From Octopus sinensis (taxonomy: Eukaryota): 64,000 nucleotides of DNA. A program made the translations under genes and the position numbers. Under the pieces are notes generated by a model. It was not told the DNA's origin. It saw only the letters and a program-made list of their open reading frames with translations, and searched no databases. The stretch spans positions 17,111 to 81,110 of the forward strand of contig NW_021833240.1 in NCBI RefSeq assembly GCF_006345805.1. Direction: 5' to 3'. This document shows positions 23,021 to 37,099 of this stretch, in pieces; position 1 is the first letter of the stretch, and each line of letters opens with the position of its first letter.

Positions 23021-23292
23021 ATCTCTTTGCACAGCTTCTAACACTGGAGATGTACTATGGTGGCAGCTGTTCACTACCAGCGAATTAATGTAACAACCCT
23101 TATTTTTCGACCAGCATCCGGTGTATACGAGCAGTTCCAGGCAGTGCTATTTTCAGTAAGGGTTCCACCCATATTGCAGCCGCTATTTATTCCATGTTCT
23201 TCTCAAGACTTTCCTTCGCTTTTCCCAGGGCTCCGACAATAATTCGTACTACTACCACATGTTTCATCGACTACAGCTGTTTATCCCAATAG
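23020..23292 (-). mobile_element. Dong/R4 LINE 3' fragment (subfamily E)
   Basis: SMKHVVVVRIIVGALGKAKESLEK...LKIALPGTARIHRMLVEK*, then a 3' UTR and (AAT)n. Confidence 0.8.
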
Positions 23293-23570
23293 GGGAGGCG
23301 CTTTAAGGTGCTCGTGGAACAACCCACAAAAGCCACGGGTGCCTGGACAACATGGCAAGAGCCCTTCTCTTTTTTTTATAGGTGCACGCTCAGAATTGGT
23401 CCTTTCACACTGGCCATTCTTCCAACATTTACACGCCTTTCAACAAACTTGCTACAAGGCAACACTTCCCTCTCTCCACCCTCAACTTCCATTTTCAACT
23501 TAAACTTGAAAAAGTTGATGAGGGCTTGGCCAAAGAGGGAAGTCTCTGTCTGTAGCCTCATCAAACGGAT
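23293..23570 (-). mobile_element. Tx1/L1-clade LINE ORF2 C-terminus plus partial 3' UTR
   Basis: GQALINFFKFKLKMEVEGGEREVLPCSKFVERRVNVGRMA; its end is homologous to the (K)RWVNVARMA terminus at 59368-59931. Confidence 0.65.
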
Positions 23571-23754
23571 CGGAAAAGTCGGTTACATCGATCTCAATGT
23601 TTTAATTTATCGACTCCGAAAGACTGAATGTCAATGTCGACCGTGGCGGAATTTGAATTCAGAACGCAGAGACGGGTGAAAAAGTTATTCAGGGTTCTCA
23701 GGGCTAAACGAAAAATATGGTATCCTATGGTATACCGACTTGATATTTTAACTT

Positions 23755-23830
23755 CTCTCTTGAGGTCTCTGGATGATACTTGGAGTCAACTTGTACAAAT
23801 ACAAATGAAAAGCCAAACATATAGTAATAA
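23755..23830 (+). mobile_element. Very short Dong (subfamily D-like) 3' UTR fragment
   Basis: ctcttgaggtctctggatgatacttggagtcaacttgtacaaata matches 14113-14160. Confidence 0.75.
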
Positions 23831-24173
23831 TATAACGCTTAAACTTGACGTACATTTATTACCTATAGATTTAAATCTATGCTTCTAAATATTAATACGT
23901 TTACAGTTCAATATTTGGGAGAGGAGTAAGTATGTACGTTATTTACATAATTTACATTTTTATATTTGATGGATATTTGTCCTCATCTTGTTTGTTGTTA
24001 ACACAACGTTTCCGCTGATATACCCTCCAGGCAAAATTATGTGCAGCACGGAATTCTGGCAGTGAACAGATCGCAGTTTCAAAGCGACGAAAATATTTAT
24101 ATGTGGAAGCGAAACTAACGGTTTCTTAAATAGCTTATAAACACCTACCACGTTGCAGTTGTATATATATATA

Positions 24174-24223
<50 letters not shown>

Positions 24224-24791
24224 TTATTTATTTATTTAATTCTCAAAATTATGCACTACACGTAGTTGTGAATGTGCATATCTATATAGACAAGACACAA
24301 AAAAAATTGGAAATTAATTCATGATTTAATTAGCTACATACGTTTCAAACAAAATAACAGACTTCAATATGCATCATTCCTGAATATTTAATTAATGTCA
24401 TATTTGATCAAATAAATATGCATAAATAATGCATTGTAGAATTTTAAGTTATATCATTCTCTTTCGTACAAAGCTATCTCTTTCACGCATAAATCTCCAT
24501 TTTTTGTGTTTCACTATTATAATTTATGACCATGTACAGAATTTACACTAAACTGCTTTTTTTTACACTTCGGATATACAAACTGGACTGGTGCCAGAAA
24601 GTGAATTTACCCTCCAAGTGGATTACTGTACCATTTACAACACAATATAATAAGGGAAGTCTGATTTCTGTAGAGGGCTTATAAAGTATTCCCCTGGACT
24701 ATTCAAACCCTGCTTTTCTAAGTCTGCATATGTGCATGTGTGTAAGCGTGTGTGTGTATGAGTATGTATATGTGTGTGGTATATATATATG

Positions 24792-24981
<190 letters not shown>

Positions 24982-24997
24982 ATATATATACATATTT

Positions 24998-25639
24998 AAA
25001 AATAAGGATTTGAAAATACTTATTTATATTATATAGAGGGTACTATTATTCATAGTTACCGCACGCTAGGAGGGACTTTTGCAGTCAAAACTACTAAAAT
25101 AAATAAATTGTACCGAATGCAAAACTTCAAAGCGAGTCATTTAAAAACAGAATTTAGTTACATATCACCTGTGATTTCGCAATCAATGCAGAATATGCAT
25201 TCTATGCTCTTCCGTGCAACGAACTCAAGACATATAAGAAAAAACACAACATCACATACCCAACAACCAACCGTAGAATTCACCGCAGCATGTACGAATG
25301 TATATTTTTACATATCTATGAAAATGTCGGGCTTTTTCGCAATGCATTTCGGTAACAACTTGCCTACTCGGAACAAAAATTCAGTATTGAACTATTCCGG
25401 TGAAAAATATAAATTCAAAAATAAGGATAAAATCTTTATAAGAAATTATCAGTAGTTAGCGTGAAAAACCTCGTAAGAGAAAAAATCTGTAAATTTTTTC
25501 AACTTTGAAAATACTTATTTATATTATATAGAGGGTACTATTATTCATAGGTACCGCACGCTAGGAGGGACTTTTGCAGTCAAAACTACTAAAATAAACA
25601 AATTGTACCGAATGCAAAACTTCAAAGCGAGTCATTTAA
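24998..25639. repeat. Remnant tandem repeat with ~495 bp unit (136 bp direct repeat at 25009-25144 / 25504-25639)
   Basis: Two mismatches counted in 136 bp. Confidence 0.9.
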
Positions 25640-26971
25640 GGCCTCTACCACATTCTATACGTTATAAATATGAACATTCTATATCAGAATTTGGTTAGTG
25701 CATCCTAAATCCTCATGTTTTCGTGTCTATTTTGGTTAGTTCTTTTAGTATACAGTTAATGATATTGTAGCTGTAACTTATAAATGGGACGGCTACAGTG
25801 TTGATACCTTATCTTGATTTTCGCACTGAGCTCTTTTTTCAGTATTAATCTAACTCGTCTATAGTATTTTTTTCATTTTCTCTTTCAAATGTGTGTTGTA
25901 TCGTATCGAGTTCATTGATTCCTAAATATTTGTATGTCTGGCGTTGGTCTAATTCTCTGATTTCATTTGCTTTCTCTAGTGAGATGTTGCTACTCTTAAC
26001 TAGTTTTCCGCTTTTCAAGTTTGCTTAGGCACATTTTTCTAAGCGAAGTTTCATATTTATTTCTTTAGTAAATCCATGTACTGTCTGTGGTAATTTTTCC
26101 AGCTGTTTATCATATATAGCGTATAGTTTTAGGTTATCCATATATAAGAGGAGGCTGAGTGTTTTGCCGTAACAATTGTACCCGCATCCAGTTCTATTTA
26201 GCATGTCAGATAGAGGTGTCAGTGCCAAGTAGAAAAGGAGTGGAGAGAACGTGTCTCCCTGGAATATTCTTCTTCTAATGGGGATGGTTTTGGTTTTTAT
26301 CAGTCCCTCTTTTGTTTGGAGTCTATCCAGGCCATACGTAGGTCATTCTTCTTTCTACGACTGTCTTCAGTTATGGCTTTATTGATCATTAGTTGATCTT
26401 TACAGCCGTATGAGCCCTTGCAGCATCTCTTCTATTCTTCTAGAAACAGGTTGTTTTCTTCCAGATGCTTGCTCAATCACTGCGATATTATTGCAGCAAA
26501 GGCTTTGTAAATTGTAGGGAGACAAGTTATTGGTCTTTAATTTTGTTGGTTTGCCGTTTCAGTTGATTTGGGAATTAGGATAGTTTTCCCTTTCGCGAGC
26601 CATTCATGCATTGTCTCCGGTTCTGCTGGCATGTCATTAAATTTTTCATCAAGCTTTTTGTGTGTTGCTGCCAGATATTTTAACCAGAAGTTGGGGATGT
26701 TATCGTGCCCGGGTGCCTTCCAGTTGCTTAGCTTTTGCAGTGCCTGGATGACCTCTTCAGTTGTCATAGGGGTCCAAAGTTGTTCAGGTGCTAAGTTCGT
26801 TGTTTTGATAGCCCTTTTCTGAGGTGTGCCTTCACCGACCATATTTCTTTCCAAAATTCTTCCCCTGGAGCTGGTAGTGTTGCATTGTTGTCTATTTTAT
26901 TTTTGCCAAGTTCTTGGTAGAACTTTTTGGGGTTGGAGTTAAACGTTGGCGTTTCTCAAACCGGCAGATCC
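25640..26971 (-). mobile_element. Dong/R4 LINE internal RT fragment
   Basis: NPKKFYQEL; LSNWKAPGHDNIPNFWLK...GKTILIPK; LLYMDNLKLY; ends at a GRGL-like motif. Confidence 0.9.
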
Positions 26972-28704
<1,733 letters not shown>

Positions 28705-29394
28705 TAAAAGTATATATATTCACATTTCCTAATACAAATATGAATATGCAGTTTCATTGTCTCATTGGTTTTATAATCATTTGTGTTTGTATGTCTATAT
28801 GCATATGTGCTTATATGTGTGTGCTTAATTGCGTGTTTCATGGCTTTATATAATGTTGTGTGTGTATCAGTTGCAGTAATTCTAATAGTGCCGGTTTGTA
28901 TGTGTGCGTGCGTTGTGCTTGTGTGTGTACGTTTGTGTTTACACTCGTGGGTGTGAATCTCGGACATTATGCGAAAGCACGTCATATATTTCTACTTAAG
29001 GCACAGACAATGATTTCCATAAAGGATATTGAATATCATATACACCGTTTTCGTCATCATCATCACGGTCATCATCATTCCACCACCACCACCACCACCA
29101 CCACCACTGCCACCGCCGCAGCTGCCAACGACACCCCACCCCACCCCACCACCACCACTGCCACCACCGCAGCTGCCAACGACACCCCCACCGCACCCCA
29201 CCACCACAAATATTGTTAGTCGTATCGTCACATCATTATTGGATAAGCCATATATACTTTAATTGGATTGTGTTCTACATATGGTGACTAATCAACTCAC
29301 AACACACAGACAGATACTCAAAGAGCGTGTATATATCCGTATATACATGCTAGTACGTGTTTGGTTTGTATGTGGATGCTGGAGATTATATATG

Positions 29395-29427
<33 letters not shown>

Positions 29428-29430
<3 letters not shown>

Positions 29431-29837
29431 CGCAGGAGTGGCTGTGTGGTAAGTAGCTTGCTAACCAACCACATGGTTCCGGGTTCAGTCCCACTGCGTG
29501 GCTTCTTGGGCAAGTGTCTTCTGCTATAGCCCCGGGCCGACCAATGCCTTGTGAGTGGATTTGGTAGACGGAAACTGAAAGAAGCCTGTCGTATATATAT
29601 ATATATATATAAGTGTGTGTGTATATGTTTGTGTGTCTCTGTTTGTCCCCCTAGCATTGCTTGACAACCGATGCTGGTGTGTTTGCGTCCCCGTCACTTA
29701 GCGGTTCGGCAAAAGAGACCTATAGAATAAGTACTGGGCTTACAAAGAATAAGTCCCGGGGTCGATTTGCTCGACTAAAGGCGGTGCTCCAGCATGGCCG
29801 CAGTCAAATGACTGAAACAAGTAAAAGAGTAAAAGAG
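29428..29837 (+). mobile_element. Young tRNA-SINE family B (CORE-like segment, internal microsatellite)
   Basis: TGGCTGTGTGG A box, GGTTCAGTCCC B box, ttgggcaagtg (resembles the MIR/CORE motif), internal (TA)n/(TG)n, tail (GTAAAAGA)n; near-identical to 46749-47167. Older copies at ~3735-3920, 31940-32140, 34880-35080 (-), 36068-36640, 37400-37640 (-), 38430-38600, 45400-46230, 46580-47423 and 54950-55400. Confidence 0.9.
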
Positions 29838-30132
29838 TATATATATATATATATACGTAGTCACTCGATAAGTCTTGAAGAAAGGATAGTAACCATGACT
29901 GTTTGAATAGTTTGTTGCCTTCAATTTTGCTGATCAACGTCTGCAAGGTTTGTGTGCATCTCCAGAATGTAATTGAACGTAATAAATGTGTGATTCGGCA
30001 AAATAAATCGGAGAGTATGGTGCAGAGGCCATTCTTGTGATGAAATATAGACAGGCAAAGGAGATTGCGGGTTAGTGGAGCAGAGACTGAAGTATGACTG
30101 TGGTTCAGAGTCATTCATTCGACAGACGATTT

Positions 30133-30245
30133 CTAGATACGGTCCAGGATAGCTATGTGATTCGCAGCTGATGAAGACAAATCAAATCTACGTTGTCAAA
30201 CGTATTTGAAGATTCTGAAACCGGTCCTGCATTATCCGTTTCTAG
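30133..30245 (+). ncRNA. Type I hammerhead ribozyme (minimal PLE-type stem III)
   Basis: GCAG(30164-67)-CTGATGA(30168-74)-stem II-GAAA(30217-20)-CCGG-TC|(30226)-CTGC(30227-30). Stem II pairs AGA/TCT, TCAAAT/ATTTGA and ACGTT/AACGT. Stem I extensions GGATA/TATCC and CTAGATAC/GTTTCTAG. Confidence 0.8.
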
Positions 30246-30486
30246 GTTTTTCATTTTTCATTGTCCTTCCTAGAGGTAAGACAAATTTTTTCATGTTTGT
30301 TGCACACACACGTCTTTGCTAGTATATACGCAGTGAAGCTATACAATAGCGTCGTATTTATTACGATCGCTATTTTCCAGTAAATATCGGTACCGCGTTG
30401 TACCATTTATATACTTTTATATGTATAATTTTACCCTTACGGGCTATCTTTTACTGGAAAGCAATACATTCGTATTGCATTGTTAT

Positions 30487-30560
<74 letters not shown>

Positions 30561-30574
30561 TATTTGTTCATTGT

Positions 30575-31520
30575 TGTTGATGACAAGGTTTTCCTCTTTG
30601 GTGAGCTGACGGATTACTGTTTGGTCCAGTTATGAGTTCGCAAATTCTGCGGCGTACAGAAGAGGCAAAACGTTTAGTGTTTTGGGGTTGGCTTTAGCTT
30701 AATGCTGACGTCGTTTTTTCTCGAGATGACGTTGTCGACGTTGCTCCGAGACATTGACTCCTTCGTCGCAAACGCTGCGCCAAGACGTATGATGTTGTCA
30801 GAGATCTCGAAGCTGAGGTAAACGAAGTTTGCACACTTGGAGAAATTTCTTCAACTGATCTCTGCATTTCTTTTTGGGGATATTATGATGATAATCTCTA
30901 GCTTTGAGTTGTACGAAGAGGACAATTTCTAGAAGGCAATTATCCGGCATCCACAGAAGACAGTGTTTGAAGATGTGTTTAACACTTGGAATTCCTGCTC
31001 ATTGACGTATGACGTGGTGGTGAGTCTTTTGTTCTCAAGAAATGCCAATAACTTTTTTGAATGTTCTTAACATGAATAACTTCTATCTGTTTGAGATGCC
31101 GTCTGCAAATTGCCAGAATTCACAGCCGTTCAGCAGTCTGGAGAACACAGCGGTTTGATATACTACAATGTTGGTAGGAAAACGAAGGCATAAGTTGATG
31201 AATACCCTGGATCTGAATCTTCCAAACAAATTAGCAACCGGGTTGCTGCACTTAGAGATGTCTTCATGAAAGGTGCTGAATCCGTAAATATGCGTCCAAG
31301 ATGGCAGAAACATGATGTATATTTCAGAGGTACATTCTTTTTCATGTAGTTTCTGCGGTAGGGTTTTGTCCGTGAGTAATATTGCATGACCGCAGACATT
31401 TCGGGGCTGATGGTAAATACTATTTGCGTGGAAGCATTGTGCAGGAATGATACAATATTCCGGAAGAGAAATGAGTCATCAGTTGTAGCAGCTAAGTCGT
31501 AAACATACTTCAGATGAAGT
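30575..31520 (-). mobile_element. RTE-clade LINE 3' part (RT C-terminus)
   Basis: ISKCSNPVANLFGRFRSRVFINLCLRFPTNIVVYQTAVFSRLLNGCEFW; WMPDNCL; terminal RRICELITG...AHQR resembling the BovB-type C-terminal motif. Confidence 0.8.
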
Positions 31521-31678
31521 TTAAAAAAAAATAACCGATTTAAACAGTCTTGTTTGAAAGAGGGTGTCATCGAAAAAGTTCCGGATATTAATGCCATTTT
31601 CATGAGCTATATTGGTACTCCATAAAAGAGTCATTGCGAACAGGTAGATATTGAAGGGGGTACGTGCCAGGACACATC

Positions 31679-31763
<85 letters not shown>

Positions 31764-31876
31764 GGGTAGATAAATAGATAGATAGATATGTGTCAGTGGA
31801 TTTCAAAGACCGATACTGAAGGAATACTGTCGTATATACATACATACATACATGCATGCATACATACATACATACA

Positions 31877-31910
<34 letters not shown>

Positions 31911-33325
31911 CATATATGTGTGTGTGTGCGTGTGTCTTTGTGTATTTGTTTGTATCCACCACCGCTTGACAGCCGGGCGTTGTGTGTTTACCTGCCGTAA
32001 CATAGCCGTTCAACAAAAGACACTGTTAGAATCAATACCAGGCTTGTAAAAACCGTAAATACTGTGGTCTATTCGTTCGATTGAAATTCATAAACGCTGC
32101 GCCCCAGCATGGCCGCAGGCTAATGACTGAAACAAGTAAAAGATTTTAAAAAATATTATATATATATATGTGTGTGTATTTCTGTGCGTAGACAGATGGA
32201 TATTTAGAAGGAGACAGGGAAAGAGAGGGAGAGATGAAGGGAGAGCGAGAGGAAAGTCTGAGTAGATACATGTAATGGTTTCAAATATTTTACAAGTTCA
32301 ACAATTTCGCGGGTGGAGGGTATATAGACGCCCAGTGCTCAGCTGGTACTTATTTCATCGACCCACAAACGATGACAGGCAAAGTCGACTCCGGCGGAAT
32401 TTGAAATGAAAACGTAAAGACGGACGGAATGCCGCCAACCGTTTCGTTCGGCCTTCTAATTCTCTCAGCTCGCCGCTTTTGGATAGCTACATACATCAGT
32501 AATTATTTGCGAGCAACATAACAAGATGTGTTGTATGTGCGTAGGAATATGTTTTATTTATTAACTTTTTAATTTTTCTTAATTACGATCCAATAATGCG
32601 TGACATTTTGATATTTACACACGGGTAGATTTTCCACATATTATAATGGAAATTCAAATGACAACTCCCCAGGATAGATTTGTCAGAATGACATCATTTT
32701 TCTATTTTCTCTCCTAATATTCCTGTTATTTTATTTCATTTTTTAAAAAAACTTTCTTCACATTTATTATTTTGTTTGTTGAAGCTCATTCATTCAACGG
32801 CCTTAAATATTCAACACAGCCTGTGATATACCGCCCTTTGTTATTTTCCCAGAAGGCAAAACTTAATATGTTTTACAGCTTTTCCTTGTGTGTTTGTGAT
32901 TGCTTTATGTGTGATAGGTGTATATTCGATATTCCCTAGGTATATAAGCATCATCTGTTGCTTTGATGTGAGGTCGTGTGAAGTCAAGTTCGGGAAATTC
33001 GTAATTATTTTATTCCGTGAAAAATCTGCCGTACCTACTCCTCAAATATTCATTATCTCTTTTATCTGCTATATTGCATTCTTTCATCGATTAACAAACA
33101 AAAAATAAGCATAAAAAATAAATGTTTTTTGCTGTTGTTGTTGTTTTTGTTGTTGTCATTTAACCCCGGGTTAGCATTGATCAATCATAGCTGGCCATTT
33201 AGCTATGCACCACCTGTCATTTTCTGTAGCATCGGAGATTGATGGTTTCCTATAAAACCACACGCAAATAAACGAACACGCGCAAGCACATCGACGCACA
33301 CCAACGTGTGTATACTTGTATATAG

Positions 33326-33382
<57 letters not shown>

Positions 33383-33432
33383 CAGAGAAATAGATAAAAA
33401 TAGATAGATTGATACATACATGCATATATTCA

Positions 33433-33480
<48 letters not shown>

Positions 33481-34309
33481 TGTGCTTTTTCGGTGTACGC
33501 AATGGAACGCAATCATATGTGTAACCTCATCTTCCTTAATTATTTAAGGTCTTACCATACAGGAATTGATTTATAACAAATATACAATGATCGATCACTG
33601 AAATGTAGATGGCACCTTAACAATGTTACATTTTGAACTCTGGAAAAACCTTGCATATTTTTACTATTTCGTTAACATAAAGAATATGTCACCTTTGTGC
33701 TCGCTGTTTGATTTCTTTTCTGAAAGCCCTAGTTTTTTCAAATCTTTACTTAGTCAAATACTAATGAAGCAAAGTTTAGCAATTATCGTTCGTAAAAATG
33801 GGCATCTATAATCTTCCTACAGAAAATGAAGGCTTCAATCATTTCGCATATATGTCCAATTTCTCTTTGACCTCTGTAACAATGTTCACACCAGCAGGAT
33901 ATCTAAGCGCCATAGATACAAGATTTCTTTGTTTGCTTCAAATAACTGTATCTGACATTTGATGAGAATGTTTCACCAATATTTTTTGCTTTGAGGTTTA
34001 TGTGTTTTCAGTAAGAACTGGTCTCTCTGTATTAATCTAGAGCGGACATTTTTGAGATGGATGTGTGTATTGTTTGAACGGCAACGTCGCAGTGTGCACG
34101 CAATACCTTACTGATGGTTATGAGGAGGAGGATGAATCATATATGAAGATAAGTTCCACAGAAGTGTGATGTGAAGGAAATTATCGATCGCACATTGGAG
34201 CTGGTGTGTTGGCATGAAGAAATACACACCTCATCTCTCTCTCTCTTCAACACACACACACAAACACACATACACACACATATACAGACACAGGCACACA
34301 AATATATAT

Positions 34310-34353
<44 letters not shown>

Positions 34354-34772
34354 TATAATTAATCATGCCAAGAACCTATAATCCTTTAAGGGATGTTCGC
34401 TTTCTAGTTCTCCGGTTTATATCAGAGTTCAATAAAAACAAAATACTTTAGTTTTGTATTGATGCATATTGGTATTTCAAATATTCATTATTCATGAATG
34501 AGGAAAAAGAAGAAAATGGAGAACTTATTGTGCAGAAATAAGTTTATTAAAAGATATTCAAATCAATATAATACGAAAGTCTTATCCCTACAGCCGTTTC
34601 CCTATCCAATCACTGCAGTTACAGAAATCAAATTAAATGAATTTATCTTGACATTTTCATATTGAAACTGGTTTCTCTGGGTATTTCATCAGGGGAGAAT
34701 TTCCAGAAAGGAGTTACATTCCAACGTGTTGGTCAGCCCTTGACACATTCAGCTATGTACGTTCTGGTAATG

Positions 34773-34803
<31 letters not shown>

Positions 34804-35120
34804 ATATACGAGTGAGTGGACAAACGAAAAAAAGGGCAATCGATCAAAATACTGGGAGTTCTTTCTATACGTATATATATATTCTTTTTTCTTTTATTCT
34901 TTTACTTCTTACAGTTACTTGACCGCGATCATTCTAGAGCATCATGTCTCAGTCGAATAAATTGATCCCTGGACTAAATAATTTTCTAAGATTGGTATTT
35001 ATTCTATCGGTTTATTGCCCAACTGTTAAGTTATGGGAACAGAGACACACCAGCATTGTTTGTCAAGTGATGATGCCGAGACAAACATATACACCTCCCC
35101 ATATATATATATATATATAT

Positions 35121-35280
35121 ATGGCGGCGCAATGTCCTAGTGGTTAGGGCAGCGAACTCGCGGTCTTAGGATCGCGGTTTCGATTCCCAGACCGGGCGTT
35201 GTGTGTGTTTATAGAGCGAAAACACCTTAAAGTTTCACGATGCTCCAGCAGGGGGTGGTGGCGATCCCTGCTGTACTGAA
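35121..35280 (+). mobile_element. SINE family C, 3'-truncated
   Basis: Head matches 45723-45870. Confidence 0.8.
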
Positions 35281-37036
35281 TGGGGATGATGCGAACTACG
35301 TACAAGTGTACCTTGGAAACCTTTGTAACATTAACATAATGCTCAAGGAAAAATACATGTTGTTGTGTAGTGCAACATGACTGACTCTATGAATAGACAG
35401 ACTCTCAGCTAAGCTTCTACACAATTTCTGTCCTTATTTTATTCGACACCGCTTCATAGATTACATTTCGCTAGGGTCTAGAAGTTATAAATCGAACGCC
35501 CAAAGTCTTGATTATGAACTCGAATAACTTCTCCATTCATATAGAATATATGCGTTAATCTTACTTTTTTCTGCGCTCTGATTCTTCGAAACAGAAAGCG
35601 AAGCCATCGGCACACTTGGCGGTCCTTTTGGTTTTCTCGATCCGGTGTTGCGGAGATTGCTGGTGTTTGATTAACAGCAAAGCACAAAAAATTAATCGTT
35701 AATAGTATTTGGTGGTGGAGTCGCAAAAAAGATGGGTTGGAGGCAAATAATATAATCGGTTCACCTTGCTTACTTTCCCCAGTGGCATTAGACGCATCAT
35801 TAACGAAAGCAACAGTAACGCTAACGATTAAATAAATATTAGTTACCATTATATCGATTAGCAAAACTTGTAATTATTATTTAGTTCTTGAATCATGGTC
35901 ATTGCGTTCATGTCACTTATTAATAATTTTTAATGACAAATTACACGACACAGGAAAATATTGTTCTTCTTTAGTTTGTTATTTAATTATAGATTATGTT
36001 CCTCAGCGGGTATTATTTAGTGTAGGGACGAAATTCTGCCATGATTTATGAAGCTTAATTATTCTGTGTGATAAGGAGCTGGTTTCATAACCATGTAGTT
36101 CCGCATTCAATCTCACTGCGTTGCAACTTGGGGCGCCAAAGACTTCTGGGTGGATTTGTTAGACGGGCCAGAAAGATGCCCCGTTTCAATATGTTTCTAT
36201 GTATGTATGTATGTATGTATGTATGTATGTATGTATGTATGCATGCATGTATATACGTATGCATGTATGATGTAAGTATGTATGATGTATATATGTATAA
36301 TGTATGTATGTATGATGTATGTATGTATCTGTCTGGCTGCCTATCTATCTGAGTCAATCTATCTATCTCCCTCCCTTTTCTCTCTTTCTATCTATCAATG
36401 TGTGTGTGTATGTGTGTGACTTTGTGCCTGTGTTTGCCCCCTCACACCGCTTGACAACCATTGTCGGTGCATTTACGTTCCGCGTGACCTAGCGGTTAAG
36501 CAAAAGAGTTCGATGGACTAAGTACCACGCTTAAGAAAAAAATAAATAAATAGTGGTTCTGATTCATTCGACTAAACATTTGTCAAGGTGGTGCCCCAAC
36601 TTGGCCGCAGTCTCATGACTGAAACAAGTAAAAGAAAAGATATTATATAAGAACTAGTCTTATAGATTTGCTGGTTTGGTGTATTGTCGATTATAAAGAC
36701 CGCATCTAAACTCACAACCTGACGGTACGGAACTAGAAGCTATTATCAGTACACTCGTCCAATTTAAGCCGTAAACGCTGGCAAAATCGTTAGCACACCC
36801 AAAGGGCAGAATGCTTGGCGACATTTCACCCGTCTTTACGCTCTGAATCCAAATTCCGCTCTCGGAGCCCGTAAAATCAGTACCAGTTGATCACTGGGGG
36901 TCGATGTCATCGATTTGCTACCTCCACCAAAATTGTGGAATTCATGCCGAAAATTGAAAACTATACACGAAGAAGAAAACTACTTACGATACAGCCACTC
37001 CTTCGCCTATATGTGTGTGTGTGTGCGTGCATGTGC

Positions 37037-37099
<63 letters not shown>

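Noticed and set aside
18148-23292. CRISPR-like repeat-spacer array
   Set aside because: The repeats are variable-length microsatellites and the spacers are 0.3-1.3 kb LINE fragments; no cas genes; eukaryotic context.
23975-24035. Hammerhead half (minus strand ...tatatcagcgGAAACGTTgtgtt)
   Set aside because: A GAAAC-GTT half and PLE-like context are present, but the CUGANGA half is missing in this copy.
28990-29260. Proline-rich protein (PPPLPPPQLPTTP x2)
   Set aside because: (CAC/CCA)n low complexity with a local 51-bp duplication; no gene context.
31555-31600. Mariner TIR (gagggtgtcatcgaaaaagttccggat)
   Set aside because: Only one TIR-like fragment, with no partner or transposase nearby.
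32880-34110. Protein-like fragments on the minus strand (e.g. NNYEFPELDFTRPHIK, AFRKEIKQRAQ)
   Set aside because: Multiple stops and no motif I can assign; possibly a very old LINE but unsupported.
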